This document shows, one piece after another, positions 28,495-38,425 of a DNA stretch of 64,000 nt. The position numbers and the translations under genes are program-made. The stretch comes from an uncultured Algimonas sp. GTDB lineage: Bacteria > Pseudomonadota > Alphaproteobacteria > Caulobacterales > Maricaulaceae. The DNA is taken from contig CALDUL010000029.1 in assembly GCA_937923575.1 (NCBI GenBank), positions 12,995-76,994 of the forward strand, in the 5' to 3' direction. Position 1 is the stretch's first letter. Every line of letters starts with the position of its first letter. The notes under the pieces are model-generated. The model saw only the letters and a program-made list of their open reading frames with translations, searched no databases and was not told where the DNA came from.

Positions 28495-28518
28495 GAACCA
28501 TGAGTAGGAGAGTATCCG

Positions 28519-29169
28519 ATGGGTGTAGTTCTTGATGTAGAAGTCCGCGACAACACGGGCACAGGGGCGGCGCGCGAAGCCCGCCGCAACGGTCTTGTGC
28601 CGGGCGTAATCTATGGCGGCGACGATGGGCCGGTCGCGGTCAGCGTTAAATTCAACGAAGTGCTGAAAGTGCTGAACTCCGGCAACTTCCTCGGCTCGAT
28701 GATCGAGCTGAAGCACGAGGGCAAGAACCAGAAGGTCTTCACCAAGGACGTTCAGTTTCACCCTGTCACCGACTTCCCGGTCCACATCGACTTCTTCCGC
28801 GTGACCAACAAGACGCTGATCGACGTGGAAGTCCCTGTCACTTTCGTCGGCGAAGAGAACTCACCCGGCATGAAGCGCGGCGGCATCCTGAACGTTGTGC
28901 GCTACTCCATCGAAGTGAAATGCCCTGCTGGCGACATTCCTGACGGCTTCGAGGCCGACGTCTCGGCTCTGGAAATCGGCGACGCGCTGAACATCTCCGA
29001 CATTACACTGCCCAAAGGCGCCAAGCCGACCATCACCGATCGTGACTTTACCATCGCGACCGTCGTTGCGTCCCGTTCCTCCAAGACCGAGGACGAAGAG
29101 GGCGAAGAGGTCGATGCGGACGGCGTTCCGGCGACCGAGCAGGACGCCGGTCAAGGCGACGACGCTTAA
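28519..29169 (+). CDS. rplY: 50S ribosomal protein L25/Ctc
   Basis: VPGVIYGG, QFHPVTD, HIDF, long Ctc form; AGGAG RBS. Confidence 0.95.
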   Translation: MGVVLDVEVRDNTGTGAAREARRNGLVPGVIYGGDDGPVAVSVKFNEVLKVLNSGNFLGSMIELKHEGKNQKVFTKDVQFHPVTDFPVHIDFFRVTNKTLIDVEVPVTFVGEENSPGMKRGGILNVVRYSIEVKCPAGDIPDGFEADVSALEIGDALNISDITLPKGAKPTITDRDFTIATVVASRSSKTEDEEGEEVDADGVPATEQDAGQGDDA

Positions 29170-29796
29170 GTGTTGTCCTGGCTCTCGTCGCTCTTCGGGC
29201 GGCGGGAGCCGACACGCTCCGTCATGCAGATCTGGGTCGGACTCGGCAATCCGGGCGCAAAACACGCGCTCGACCGCCACAATATCGGCTTCATGGTCGT
29301 GGACGCCGTCGCGGACGATCACGGCTTCGGCTCCGAGCAGTCGAAGTTCTCCGGCCTCGTGCGCACGGGCACGATAGACGGCACGAAAGTGCTTATCCTG
29401 AAGCCATCGACCTACATGAACAAATCCGGCGTAAGCGTCCAGAAAGCCATGGCTTTCTACAAGGTCCCGCTGGCCGACGTCACCGTCTTCCACGACGAGC
29501 TCGACATCGCACCCGGCAAAGTCCGGGTGAAGATGGGCGGCGGTCTTGCGGGGCATAACGGCCTTCGCAGCATCAACCAGCTCTGCGGCGGCCCCGACTT
29601 CCGCCGCGTCCGCCTTGGCATCGGCCACCCCGGCCACAAGGATCGCGTTTCGGGCTATGTGCTGAACGGCTTTGCCAAGGACGAGATCAACACGCGAGAC
29701 GACATGATGAACGGCTGCGCGCGTTATGCGGGCGAGCTGGCATCAGGCAATGTCGATGTGTTTCAGACGCGGGTTGCAGAGTATATCCAACGCTAG
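29170..29796 (+). CDS. pth: Peptidyl-tRNA hydrolase (alternative start ATG 29224)
   Basis: VGLGNPG, RHNIGF, TYMNKSG, HDELD, GHNGLRS. Confidence 0.95.
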   Translation: MLSWLSSLFGRREPTRSVMQIWVGLGNPGAKHALDRHNIGFMVVDAVADDHGFGSEQSKFSGLVRTGTIDGTKVLILKPSTYMNKSGVSVQKAMAFYKVPLADVTVFHDELDIAPGKVRVKMGGGLAGHNGLRSINQLCGGPDFRRVRLGIGHPGHKDRVSGYVLNGFAKDEINTRDDMMNGCARYAGELASGNVDVFQTRVAEYIQR

Positions 29797-29834
29797 GAAC
29801 TTTCGCCCGCAAGGGATGAAAGCGAGAGAACAAC

Positions 29835-30932
29835 ATGGGCTTCAAATGCGGCATCGTCGGCCTTCCCAATGTCGGGAAATCCACGCTTTTCAACGCTTTG
29901 ACCAAGACGGCTAATGCGCAGGCGGCGAATTATCCCTTTTGCACGATCGAGCCAAATGTCGGCGATGTGGCGGTGCCGGAGCCGCGGTTGGACACGATTG
30001 CGGAGATCGGCGGCTCGGCCCAGCGCATCCCGGCGCGGATGAATTTCGTGGACATTGCGGGCCTCGTGAAGGGCGCGTCGACCGGCGAAGGCATGGGCAA
30101 TCAGTTCCTCGGCAATATCCGCGAAACCGACGCTATCATTTATGTCCTGCGCTGCTTTGACGATGATGACATCACCCATGTCGAGGGCCGCATCGACCCG
30201 ATGAGCGACTATGAAACCATCGAGACAGAGTTGATGCTCGCCGATCTCGAAAGCCTGGAGAAGCGCAAGCCGGGGCTGGAGAAGAAGCTCAAGCAGAACG
30301 ACAAGGACGCGATCCAGACCATGCGGCTGATCGAGGTCGCCATCGCCCTGCTCGAGGAGGGTAAGCCGGCCCGTGTGGCCGAGATCGAGCCGGACGACGC
30401 AAAGGCGTGGCGCATGTTGCAGCTGCTGACCTCCAAACCCGTGCTCTATGTCGCCAATGTCGACGAAGAAAGCGCGGCTACGGGCAATGACTACTCGGCC
30501 AAAGTCGTCGCCCACGCGAAGAGCGAGGGCGCGCAAGCGGTCATCATCAGCGCGCAGATCGAGAGCGAGATGGCCGTGCTCGAGGACGAGGAGCAATCTG
30601 AGTATCTCGACGCCATCGGACTCCAAGAGCCGGGTCTCAACCGCCTCATCCGCGCGGGCTACGCGCTGCTGGGTTTGAAGACCTATTTCACTGTCGGACC
30701 GAAGGAAGCCCGCGCCTGGACATTTCAGGAAGGCTGGACCGCACCACGTTGCGCGGGCGTCATCCACGGCGACTTCGAGAAGGGCTTCATCCGCGCCGAA
30801 ACCACGGCCTATGAGGACTATGTCGCCAACAATGGCGAACAGGGCGCGAAAGAAGCGGGCAAAGTTCGCCAAGAGGGCAAGCAATATGTCGTCAAGGACG
30901 GCGACATCATGCTCTTCAAATTCAACGTGTAA
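29835..30932 (+). CDS. ychF: Redox-regulated ATPase YchF
   Basis: GIVGLPNVGKSTLFN, ANYPFCTIEPN, DIAGLV. Confidence 0.97.
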   Translation: MGFKCGIVGLPNVGKSTLFNALTKTANAQAANYPFCTIEPNVGDVAVPEPRLDTIAEIGGSAQRIPARMNFVDIAGLVKGASTGEGMGNQFLGNIRETDAIIYVLRCFDDDDITHVEGRIDPMSDYETIETELMLADLESLEKRKPGLEKKLKQNDKDAIQTMRLIEVAIALLEEGKPARVAEIEPDDAKAWRMLQLLTSKPVLYVANVDEESAATGNDYSAKVVAHAKSEGAQAVIISAQIESEMAVLEDEEQSEYLDAIGLQEPGLNRLIRAGYALLGLKTYFTVGPKEARAWTFQEGWTAPRCAGVIHGDFEKGFIRAETTAYEDYVANNGEQGAKEAGKVRQEGKQYVVKDGDIMLFKFNV

Positions 30933-30966
30933 GGCGCTGTTAAGCCCGCTCGGGCATATTCGGCGC

Positions 30967-31494
30967 ATGTTACGTGCGCTTCTGATCTCCCTGCCCTGCC
31001 TTTGGCTCTTCCCACAAACCGTCGCGGCGGCAGACAAGACGACCGCTCTCGTGGAGATGCCGGCCGACGCGCCGCATCCCGCGAAAGTGCTCTCCGAACT
31101 CTTCCCCGGCGCATCGACCGGGCCACAACGATTGGAGCGGGCTCTAAGCGATGCGGAACGCGCCAAAACACTGGAAACCCTAGCGGCCAACTACGGTCCG
31201 CCAACCAATGGGCGGCGTGACACAATTGTCTGGGACGTTCCCAATACGACACCGCAACTCGATCAAGCCGACCATGCGTCCATCATCATCAGCCGCGACA
31301 GGAATGGTCAGTGGCGGCTGGTGATGGAAGACCGCGCGCCGCGTGGCTCTTTCGCAACGTCTCGAAGTTTCGAAAATCGCGGCCAGCGCCGCGCGAAGGC
31401 TGTGTCCGCGCACAATAGTGCGGTCCGAGGCAAGTCCGCGACGGTGAAGACATCGATACGCCGCGCGACCGTCATGGGCGATGCGGACGAATAA
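30967..31494 (+). CDS. Hypothetical exported protein
   Basis: Signal-peptide-like N-terminus (MLRALLISLPCLWLFPQTVAA); no recognisable domain. Confidence 0.5.
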   Translation: MLRALLISLPCLWLFPQTVAAADKTTALVEMPADAPHPAKVLSELFPGASTGPQRLERALSDAERAKTLETLAANYGPPTNGRRDTIVWDVPNTTPQLDQADHASIIISRDRNGQWRLVMEDRAPRGSFATSRSFENRGQRRAKAVSAHNSAVRGKSATVKTSIRRATVMGDADE

Positions 31495-31558
31495 GGCTTA
31501 ACGAATTACACAATCCTGTCGCGTAAGGCTCCCACCGGGATGCCTAAGAGGTCATGGG

Positions 31559-33523
31559 ATGACTAGATTCAGCACTGCCTTCCTTCAAGGTCTAGGCGCA
31601 ATGTGCCTATGGCTGGCAGGAGCAACAGCCGCCCATGCCCAATTTGTCGATACGACCATTTCGACAATCGGAAATCAGCAAATTTGCCCGGGCGGCAACA
31701 ATAATGGCAATGCGGCGACCAATCCCAACGGGTTCGTCACACGCACGCTGAATGTGACTGGTGTGACAGGCAACGCCGATATCATGCGCGTCGGCTTGAT
31801 CGCGAGCCACAGCTATCGCGGAGACATCCGCATGGAACTCCGGAAGGGTACTTCTGGCGCGTGGACCACGATCATTCCGGTCTCCGGCCCGCTCGGCACC
31901 GACAATTACAACATCAACATGAGTCAGACCTTTGCGGAGCCGATCAACACGGGCGCCTCTTCCGCAGTGCATAACGTCGCGGCTACGCCCTACCAGTTTC
32001 CGGTGAATACGAATGGAGCGTTAGCCGCATTCAATACCACTCCGGCCAACGGAACATGGCAGATGCGCTTTTGCGACAATGACTTTCGCGACAATGGTCA
32101 GATCAGGCGCGTAGAGCTGAGCTTTCCGAACGATCCTGACGCCAATCTTTCGCTCTCCCTGTCCAACAACAACCCCGCGTCCGGCGGGACAGTCGTCGCG
32201 ACCTACACCTTGGAAAATGTGGGCAGCGGAACGCTGACGGGTGCGGATATCGACATCACCACCTCCGCCAATGTTGCCGTCAGCAATTACCAGCCTTCGA
32301 GCGGGACGACCTTTGCTGGCGGGACTTGGACGGTGCCGTCGCTGACGGTGGGGCAGACCGCAACGCTGACGGTGACCTCTACCCTCGCATCCGGCACAGG
32401 CACCTATAACGGCTCCCTGACCAGCACGACCTCGACGGAAACAAATACGGCGAACAACAGTGCCAACCAGTCCGTGACGGCGCAGCCGGGAACACCTCCT
32501 CCGGTCCTGAGCTGCTCGATCGGAGAGATTTACAGCATGCGCTGGGCCACATCTGGGCCAAATGATTGGCCCGACGGATCGCTCGCGAATAGCTATTTCG
32601 CCGTGGACACCGACCCAACGACATCGGACATCCCTCTCGCCCTGACCATGAGCTCGCCCAATGGAACCAATCCGGCTCCGTTTCTCGCGGGAGCCATCAC
32701 GACACCGTCCCCACAGATCCGAACGGGCTGGAGCGGTGGAACGGGCAGCGCGGCATCTCTCTATGTCGGACTGAACTTCCCGGACCAGACAGCAAACAGC
32801 AAAGTCCTGATGACAATGGATCTCGGCATCCCGGCCGAAGGCGTCGAGAAATTCCAGTTCACTATTACCGATATTGACCAGGGCAACTACCGGGACCGCA
32901 TCTCGGTCTCCGGCTCGGCCAATGGCACGCCCGTACCCAGCTCTGCGCTAACATTGACCCCCGGCACTAATGTCAACGTGACCGGAAATGTCGCTCTCAC
33001 CCAAGACACAACCGGAAATGTCGGCCCAACAGGCAGCGCGGGCAATCTGACCGTGACATTTGATGCGCCCGTCAGCCAGATCGTCTTCACATATGACAAC
33101 GGACCGAATGCGCCCGCCGACCCCGCCTCCCAGGCCATTGCTCTGCAGGATATCAATATCTGTCGCCGCCTCCTGCCTGACATGGAAGCGGTAAAAACCG
33201 TCGAAGTGTTCGACCCCGGCAATGCGGGGCTGCTGATGACGCCGGGCAACGAGGTGCTGTACAAGATCACAGTCACCAATGACGGCCCGATCAACGCCGG
33301 CACGGCAGAGGCACCGGGTCGCGACATCAACCTGACCGACACCCTCCCCGAGACACTGCGCTATGTTTCGGCCACAACCACGGGCTTCACGGCGGGTACG
33401 ATCAGCACGGAGCCGCCTGCGAACACCGACTGCACCAGTGGTGCCTGTGTCGTGGCCTTTGAGAATGGAGAGCTACCCGTCGATGCCACGGGTGAGTTGG
33501 TCATTCGCGCGCTGATCAAGTAA
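31559..33523 (+). CDS. Secreted surface protein: proprotein-convertase P-domain-like + DUF11/Ig-like domains
   Basis: Signal peptide (AAHA-Q), HSYRGDI..ANGTWQM P-domain, Thr/Asn-rich Ig-like block, C-terminal TPGNEVLYKITV..DTLP domain. Confidence 0.78.
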   Translation: MTRFSTAFLQGLGAMCLWLAGATAAHAQFVDTTISTIGNQQICPGGNNNGNAATNPNGFVTRTLNVTGVTGNADIMRVGLIASHSYRGDIRMELRKGTSGAWTTIIPVSGPLGTDNYNINMSQTFAEPINTGASSAVHNVAATPYQFPVNTNGALAAFNTTPANGTWQMRFCDNDFRDNGQIRRVELSFPNDPDANLSLSLSNNNPASGGTVVATYTLENVGSGTLTGADIDITTSANVAVSNYQPSSGTTFAGGTWTVPSLTVGQTATLTVTSTLASGTGTYNGSLTSTTSTETNTANNSANQSVTAQPGTPPPVLSCSIGEIYSMRWATSGPNDWPDGSLANSYFAVDTDPTTSDIPLALTMSSPNGTNPAPFLAGAITTPSPQIRTGWSGGTGSAASLYVGLNFPDQTANSKVLMTMDLGIPAEGVEKFQFTITDIDQGNYRDRISVSGSANGTPVPSSALTLTPGTNVNVTGNVALTQDTTGNVGPTGSAGNLTVTFDAPVSQIVFTYDNGPNAPADPASQAIALQDINICRRLLPDMEAVKTVEVFDPGNAGLLMTPGNEVLYKITVTNDGPINAGTAEAPGRDINLTDTLPETLRYVSATTTGFTAGTISTEPPANTDCTSGACVVAFENGELPVDATGELVIRALIK

Positions 33524-33605
33524 ATCGAGCGGTAAGTATTGCGCAACCATTGGTTGCTAACCCACAGATTGGGATGAGAGCCTTTCGATTGAAAGCGGCT
33601 CGCCC

Positions 33606-35102
33606 ATGCGCCATGCCATCTCCATACTCATTGCCCTTTTCGGGAGTGTCATCGGCGGATCCACGGCCTTTGCGCAGCATGTGCTGAACCCTGCCGATGT
33701 GACGCTTACCGCAATCAACTCCTGCGCCAATGGTACCTTCGTGGAGCAAGATTTCGAGGTCACCAATCCCGGAACCGTCGCGGATGTCGATCTCGGTCTA
33801 CGCGCAATCCATCCATGGCGCGGAGATATTCGCGCGCGCCTCGTCTCTCCCGCAGGCACGATCGTCGAGCTGATCACGCCGGACACGGGCGCAACCGGAA
33901 ATCTCGACAACTACCGGATCACGCTCGACGACGAAGCACCGATTGTCGTCAATGAAGGCGCCCATAATGCGAACCAGCCTGCGAATGGGGACCGCTACGA
34001 GGTCAGCGTGAGGCCTGACAATCCGCTCTCCGCTTTCGACGGAGAACCCGCGAATGGCACTTGGACACTGGAGCTATGCGACGCATTCCCCGGGGCCGAT
34101 GACGGCGAAGTGACGGACACCACATTGTTCATCACGCCGACGCAACTACCGCAGCCGCCCGTACTCTCCTGTTCTGTCGGCGCCCCGGTGGACTTCGACT
34201 GGGCGCTCACAGGTCCCAACAGCTGGGCCGCCGGTTCGCTGGTCAATGGATATACCGCCGACACCATCCCCCTGAGTTTCGCGTTCTCCGGCGACACCAA
34301 CAGGCTGATCGCACGAAACGGCACGCCCACCCCCGTCACCTCGGCGGAGTTTAGCCCGCCGGGCGGAAACCCCTCACTCTCCACCAATGCTGACTTTTTA
34401 AATCTATCGGAATTCATGACTATCACCGTCAATCTTGGGACGGCGGGTCTCGGCGTCGAAGCCGCGCAATTCAGCCTACAGGACGTCGACCGCAATGGTT
34501 GGCAGGATAGAATCTCCGTAACGGGATCGCTCGACGGATCGGCCGTGTCGGCAACGCTGACGCCAAATCTCGCCAATAGCGTCGTGAACGGCGAACTGCT
34601 GGGAACCGACACTGTGGCGTCGGGGGAGACCGCTGCCAACGCCGTCGTGACATTCGACCAACCCATCGACCAGCTGGTGCTGACCTACGGCAATGGGCCG
34701 GGCGCGGATGCCAACCCGCCAGGCCAGATCATGGGTCTCTTTGCCGACATGCAGCTTTGCCCGCGTCCCCTGCCCGCGCTGAGTGCCGTGAAGAGCGTCG
34801 AGGCCGCGACAGTCGACGCACTCATGACCCCGGGTGCCGAGGTCACCTACCGAATTACGGTCTCGCACAACCCGGATTCAGTCGGCCCCGCGACCAATGT
34901 CGATATTCAGGATGTTCTGCCGCCAACGCTGCGCTTTGTCTCAGCCACGACAGCGGGTTTTACCGCGGGTAGTTTCGGCAATCCTGCCCTGCCCGCGTCC
35001 GATACGGATTGCGTGTCCGGTGCGTGTATCGTAAATTTTGAAGACGGCACGCTGCCCAACACGGTCACCGGCGAAATCCTCATCACCGCGCAGATCAAAT
35101 AA
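33606..35102 (+). CDS. Secreted surface protein, paralog of 31559-33523
   Basis: Signal peptide (AFA-Q), HPWRGDI..LVSPAG..ANGTWTL P-domain, shared PPVLSC and C-terminal domain. Confidence 0.8.
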   Translation: MRHAISILIALFGSVIGGSTAFAQHVLNPADVTLTAINSCANGTFVEQDFEVTNPGTVADVDLGLRAIHPWRGDIRARLVSPAGTIVELITPDTGATGNLDNYRITLDDEAPIVVNEGAHNANQPANGDRYEVSVRPDNPLSAFDGEPANGTWTLELCDAFPGADDGEVTDTTLFITPTQLPQPPVLSCSVGAPVDFDWALTGPNSWAAGSLVNGYTADTIPLSFAFSGDTNRLIARNGTPTPVTSAEFSPPGGNPSLSTNADFLNLSEFMTITVNLGTAGLGVEAAQFSLQDVDRNGWQDRISVTGSLDGSAVSATLTPNLANSVVNGELLGTDTVASGETAANAVVTFDQPIDQLVLTYGNGPGADANPPGQIMGLFADMQLCPRPLPALSAVKSVEAATVDALMTPGAEVTYRITVSHNPDSVGPATNVDIQDVLPPTLRFVSATTAGFTAGSFGNPALPASDTDCVSGACIVNFEDGTLPNTVTGEILITAQIK

Positions 35103-35104
35103 GA

Positions 35105-35629
35105 TCAGTGACCCGGAAAGCTCACCAGCGCCGTCACATCCACACCCGCTCCGCGCAGTCTGTCCGCACCGCCCAACTCCGGCAGATCGACCAGAAAGCC
35201 TGCGCCGATCACATCAGCGCCAACTTCGCGTAGTAGAGAAAGCCCGGCCAATGCCGTGCCGCCCGTCGCTATCAAATCGTCTATCAACAGAACGCGGCCT
35301 GTCGCGCGGGTGTCGCGGTGCAGCTCCAGGGTCGCCGTGCCGTATTCCAACCTATATTCGCGCTTGATCGTCTCGCCGGGCAGCTTGCCGAGTTTGCGGA
35401 CGGGCACGAAACCCGCGCCGAGCTCCACAGCGACAGCGGCGCCGAAGATGAAGCCGCGCGCGTCCAGCCCGGCCACCACATCCGGCGGGCGGTCGCGATA
35501 GGGCGCGGCGAGCTGCATGACCGCTTCGCGCAGACCTGCCGGGTCTTCGAGCAGTGTTGTAATATCGCGGTACTGGATTCCGGGCTCTGGAAAATCCGGG
35601 ATCGTGCGGATCAGCGTGGAAAGGTCCAT
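35105..35629 (-). CDS. apt: Adenine phosphoribosyltransferase
   Basis: PDFPEPGIQYRDIT, ARGFIFG, IDDLIATGGT; start at ATG 35629. Confidence 0.95.
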   Translation of the reverse strand: MDLSTLIRTIPDFPEPGIQYRDITTLLEDPAGLREAVMQLAAPYRDRPPDVVAGLDARGFIFGAAVAVELGAGFVPVRKLGKLPGETIKREYRLEYGTATLELHRDTRATGRVLLIDDLIATGGTALAGLSLLREVGADVIGAGFLVDLPELGGADRLRGAGVDVTALVSFPGH

Positions 35630-36285
35630 CAGGCGTTCACTGCATCGGTTTCGGGCAGGATGTGCTCCTCGACAAAGGCCATCGCTTCCCACTCCTGGAA
35701 GTGCTCGTCGCTCATCAGCTCGGAGATATAGGTATCTGAGCGCCGGGTACGTGGCAGGCCATAGCTTTCAAACCGTGTGGCTGCGGGTGTGTAGAAGGCG
35801 TCCGCAATCGACCAGTGGCCGAAGAGGTAGGGCCCATCATGCTTCTCCAGCAGGCTGTCCCACAACGCGACCATCTCGGCAGCATCCGCGAGGCAGTCGG
35901 CGGGCATCTTCGTCTCCGTCCGGCGGCGCAGATTCATCGGCGCCTCATTGCGGAGGGCGTGAAAGCCTTCATGCATGAGCGACGTCACGCGCCGCGCTTC
36001 GGCCCGCTGCGCCTCATCCTTGGGCCAGAGATTGGTCACCATCTTGGCGCAGAACTCCGCGATGGCGAGGCTGTCGGGAATGCGTTCGACACCGTTTTCG
36101 GTACTGACTTCGAGGACGGGCACGGTCGCCGCAGAGCTGATATCGCGCAGCCGCTCCTTATAGCCGGGGATGTCCAGATCGACCATCTCGGTCGTGAACG
36201 GCACCTCCATCTTGCGCAGGATCAGCCAGGGCCGGAGCGACCAGCTGCTGTAATTGTAGTTTCCAACGTAGAGCTTCAGCGCCAT
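35629..36285 (-). CDS. Glutathione S-transferase family protein
   Basis: GNYNYSSWSLRPW, VPVL, DSLAI, SIADAFY. Confidence 0.9.
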   Translation of the reverse strand: MALKLYVGNYNYSSWSLRPWLILRKMEVPFTTEMVDLDIPGYKERLRDISSAATVPVLEVSTENGVERIPDSLAIAEFCAKMVTNLWPKDEAQRAEARRVTSLMHEGFHALRNEAPMNLRRRTETKMPADCLADAAEMVALWDSLLEKHDGPYLFGHWSIADAFYTPAATRFESYGLPRTRRSDTYISELMSDEHFQEWEAMAFVEEHILPETDAVNA

Positions 36286-36286
36286 T

Positions 36287-37513
36287 CTAATATCCCAGCA
36301 GTTTGAGCGCCGCGAGCAGTTGCGGCTTTTCCGTCGCAAAACCGGAGCGCACCCAGAGCGTTTCCAGCGCTTTCATCGCCTTGCCCATGTCCGGCCCCGC
36401 CGGCACACCCGCGGCTTTCAGATCCTTGCCCGTCACCGGAAATGTCGGGGGCGTCCAGCCCATGGCGAGATCGGCCAGCACCATCCAGTGCGAACTCTCG
36501 ATCGCATGTGTTGCGCCCGCCGCCCTCAGCCGCGCGCGGTCGAGAATTGTCTGCTTACCCGCCCGGTAGATCGCTTGCAGCCGCGCGCGTTCGGGCATGT
36601 CGTGGGACAGGCTTTCGCCGTCCGACGCCCAAGCCTTCAGCCGGTCTCCCTCCTTGCGTGAGAGCTTCAGCCGCTTCGCCAGCAGCGCGGCGGGCAGCGG
36701 CTCTCGCGCCATCATCGCCATTAGTCGCAAGATCGGATCGGGCTTGATCCCCTCGCGTTGTTCCAGCCGGATAAGGTGATCCAGTCCGTCCGAGTTGGTC
36801 GCTTCTGGCAGCAGAGTTTCCAGCAGGCCTTGCTGCAGCATGATGCGCACAGAGCGCGACGGATCGCGGGCGGAGAGCAGCTTCTTGAGCTCCGACCAGA
36901 CACGTTCAGCCGAAAGCGAGCGCAGTCCCGCCTTGTTGTCTCGGCACGCGGTCAACGCATCCTTGGAGATCGTCGCATCCGATCCGTACCAAGCGACGAA
37001 GCGGAACAGGCGCAAGATGCGCAGATAGTCCTCGCGAACGCGTTCATCCGCGCTCCCGACAAAGCGGAAACGGCGCGCCTCGGCGTCAGAGAGCCCCTCG
37101 CCCGTCGGATCGAAGAGATTTCCGTCAGCGTCTGCGTAGAGCGCGTTGACAGTGAAGTCGCGGCGTTGGGCGTCCTCGCTCCAATCTTGTGTATAGGCGA
37201 TGACCGCGCGCCGACCGTCCGTCTCGACATCCCGGCGCAGCGTCGTCACCTCATATGGCACGCCTTTCACGACAGCCGTCAGCGTGCCATGCGCGATGCC
37301 CGTCGGCACGACCTTGATACCCGCAGCTTTCAGCGCCTTGGCTGCGTCGTCGGGCTCCAGCTTTGTCGCGAAGTCGATATCAGCGACGGGCTCGCCCCAA
37401 AGTGCATTGCGTACGCAACCGCCGACGAAGCGCGTCGAGCCGTCCGGCAGCGCGGCAAGCACAGCAAGCGCACCGGGATCGCGCATGAAGGGTTTGATGT
37501 CGGGAGCCGTCAT
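36287..37513 (-). CDS. cca: CCA tRNA nucleotidyltransferase
   Basis: VGGCVRN..DIDFAT, EDAQRRDFTVNA, EDYLRILR. Confidence 0.9.
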   Translation of the reverse strand: MTAPDIKPFMRDPGALAVLAALPDGSTRFVGGCVRNALWGEPVADIDFATKLEPDDAAKALKAAGIKVVPTGIAHGTLTAVVKGVPYEVTTLRRDVETDGRRAVIAYTQDWSEDAQRRDFTVNALYADADGNLFDPTGEGLSDAEARRFRFVGSADERVREDYLRILRLFRFVAWYGSDATISKDALTACRDNKAGLRSLSAERVWSELKKLLSARDPSRSVRIMLQQGLLETLLPEATNSDGLDHLIRLEQREGIKPDPILRLMAMMAREPLPAALLAKRLKLSRKEGDRLKAWASDGESLSHDMPERARLQAIYRAGKQTILDRARLRAAGATHAIESSHWMVLADLAMGWTPPTFPVTGKDLKAAGVPAGPDMGKAMKALETLWVRSGFATEKPQLLAALKLLGY

Positions 37514-37531
37514 ATTGCCGCGCCTATGCCC

Positions 37532-38425
37532 CTACAGGCCCAACGCGTCCATCGCGGGCGTGCCGAAGTTTTGCAGTTCGTCGGGGAAAGCGGGCACTTC
37601 GACGCCTGCAGCGCGGCGGAGCAAGTTCAAACGGTTGCCCCAGCCGTCGATCCGAGGCGGCGGACCAGCCATGACCGGATGATCCATAGCGGTCTTGGCA
37701 TCGACGATCTCCCAGCCATCCGACTGCAGCGTCTTTAGTAGCGGCCCGAGAAACAACGCGTTGAGCGCGTTGTGATGCACCAGCATGAGATGCGGCAGAT
37801 TTTTCAGTCCGAGCGCAAGCGCCGAGGCGTGGGCGTGCTTCGCCATGGTCCTAACGGATCGGAGGTAATAGTCGCCAATTCGCGCCCGATCCGCTCCTGG
37901 CTTCTCCAAGCGAGCGGTCACATTCCAGTCGTAAGTGTCGATCGTGACCGGGGCGACGATGTAGCCGGCATCGGAGAGGAAAGCACGGTAGTCGTCCTGC
38001 TGCGCGAGATCTCGACCCCCTGCCAGAAACGGAAATCGGAAATAGGGCTCGAAACCGGCGCGTTCTGACAACAGATCGTGGTTTCGCGCAATGTCGCGGA
38101 TGATGACCTCCGTCTCGTTCTCAGAGCTATTCATGTGGGAATAGCTGTGGTTGGCGATGATGTGGCCGTCGTCAGCCCAATCGCTGAGCACACGGTCGAA
38201 GGTCGAGCGTGTCTCGTTCTTGCCCGACACGAAAGCGGCAGCGCGGACGGGTAGGGCGGAGCGGATCCGCAGGTCGCGCTCCAGCGCCCGCTCAGAATTC
38301 TCCGGCAAGTTGAAGTCGTCCATGGTCACGGCCAGCATCTTGCGGCCTGATAGGCCTTGCGCGCTGGGCTGACAGGCCGCCAATGCCAACGATCCCACCA
38401 CAAAACTACGCCGCGTCAGCATCAC
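37532..38425 (-). CDS. Polysaccharide deacetylase (CE4/NodB), Tat lipoprotein
   Basis: TRRSF + LAAC, TMDD, NHSYSH, FRFPFL, LVH. Confidence 0.85.
   Translation of the reverse strand: MMLTRRSFVVGSLALAACQPSAQGLSGRKMLAVTMDDFNLPENSERALERDLRIRSALPVRAAAFVSGKNETRSTFDRVLSDWADDGHIIANHSYSHMNSSENETEVIIRDIARNHDLLSERAGFEPYFRFPFLAGGRDLAQQDDYRAFLSDAGYIVAPVTIDTYDWNVTARLEKPGADRARIGDYYLRSVRTMAKHAHASALALGLKNLPHLMLVHHNALNALFLGPLLKTLQSDGWEIVDAKTAMDHPVMAGPPPRIDGWGNRLNLLRRAAGVEVPAFPDELQNFGTPAMDALGL

Noticed and set aside
29793-31190. 465-aa minus-strand ORF
   Set aside because: Shadow of ychF.
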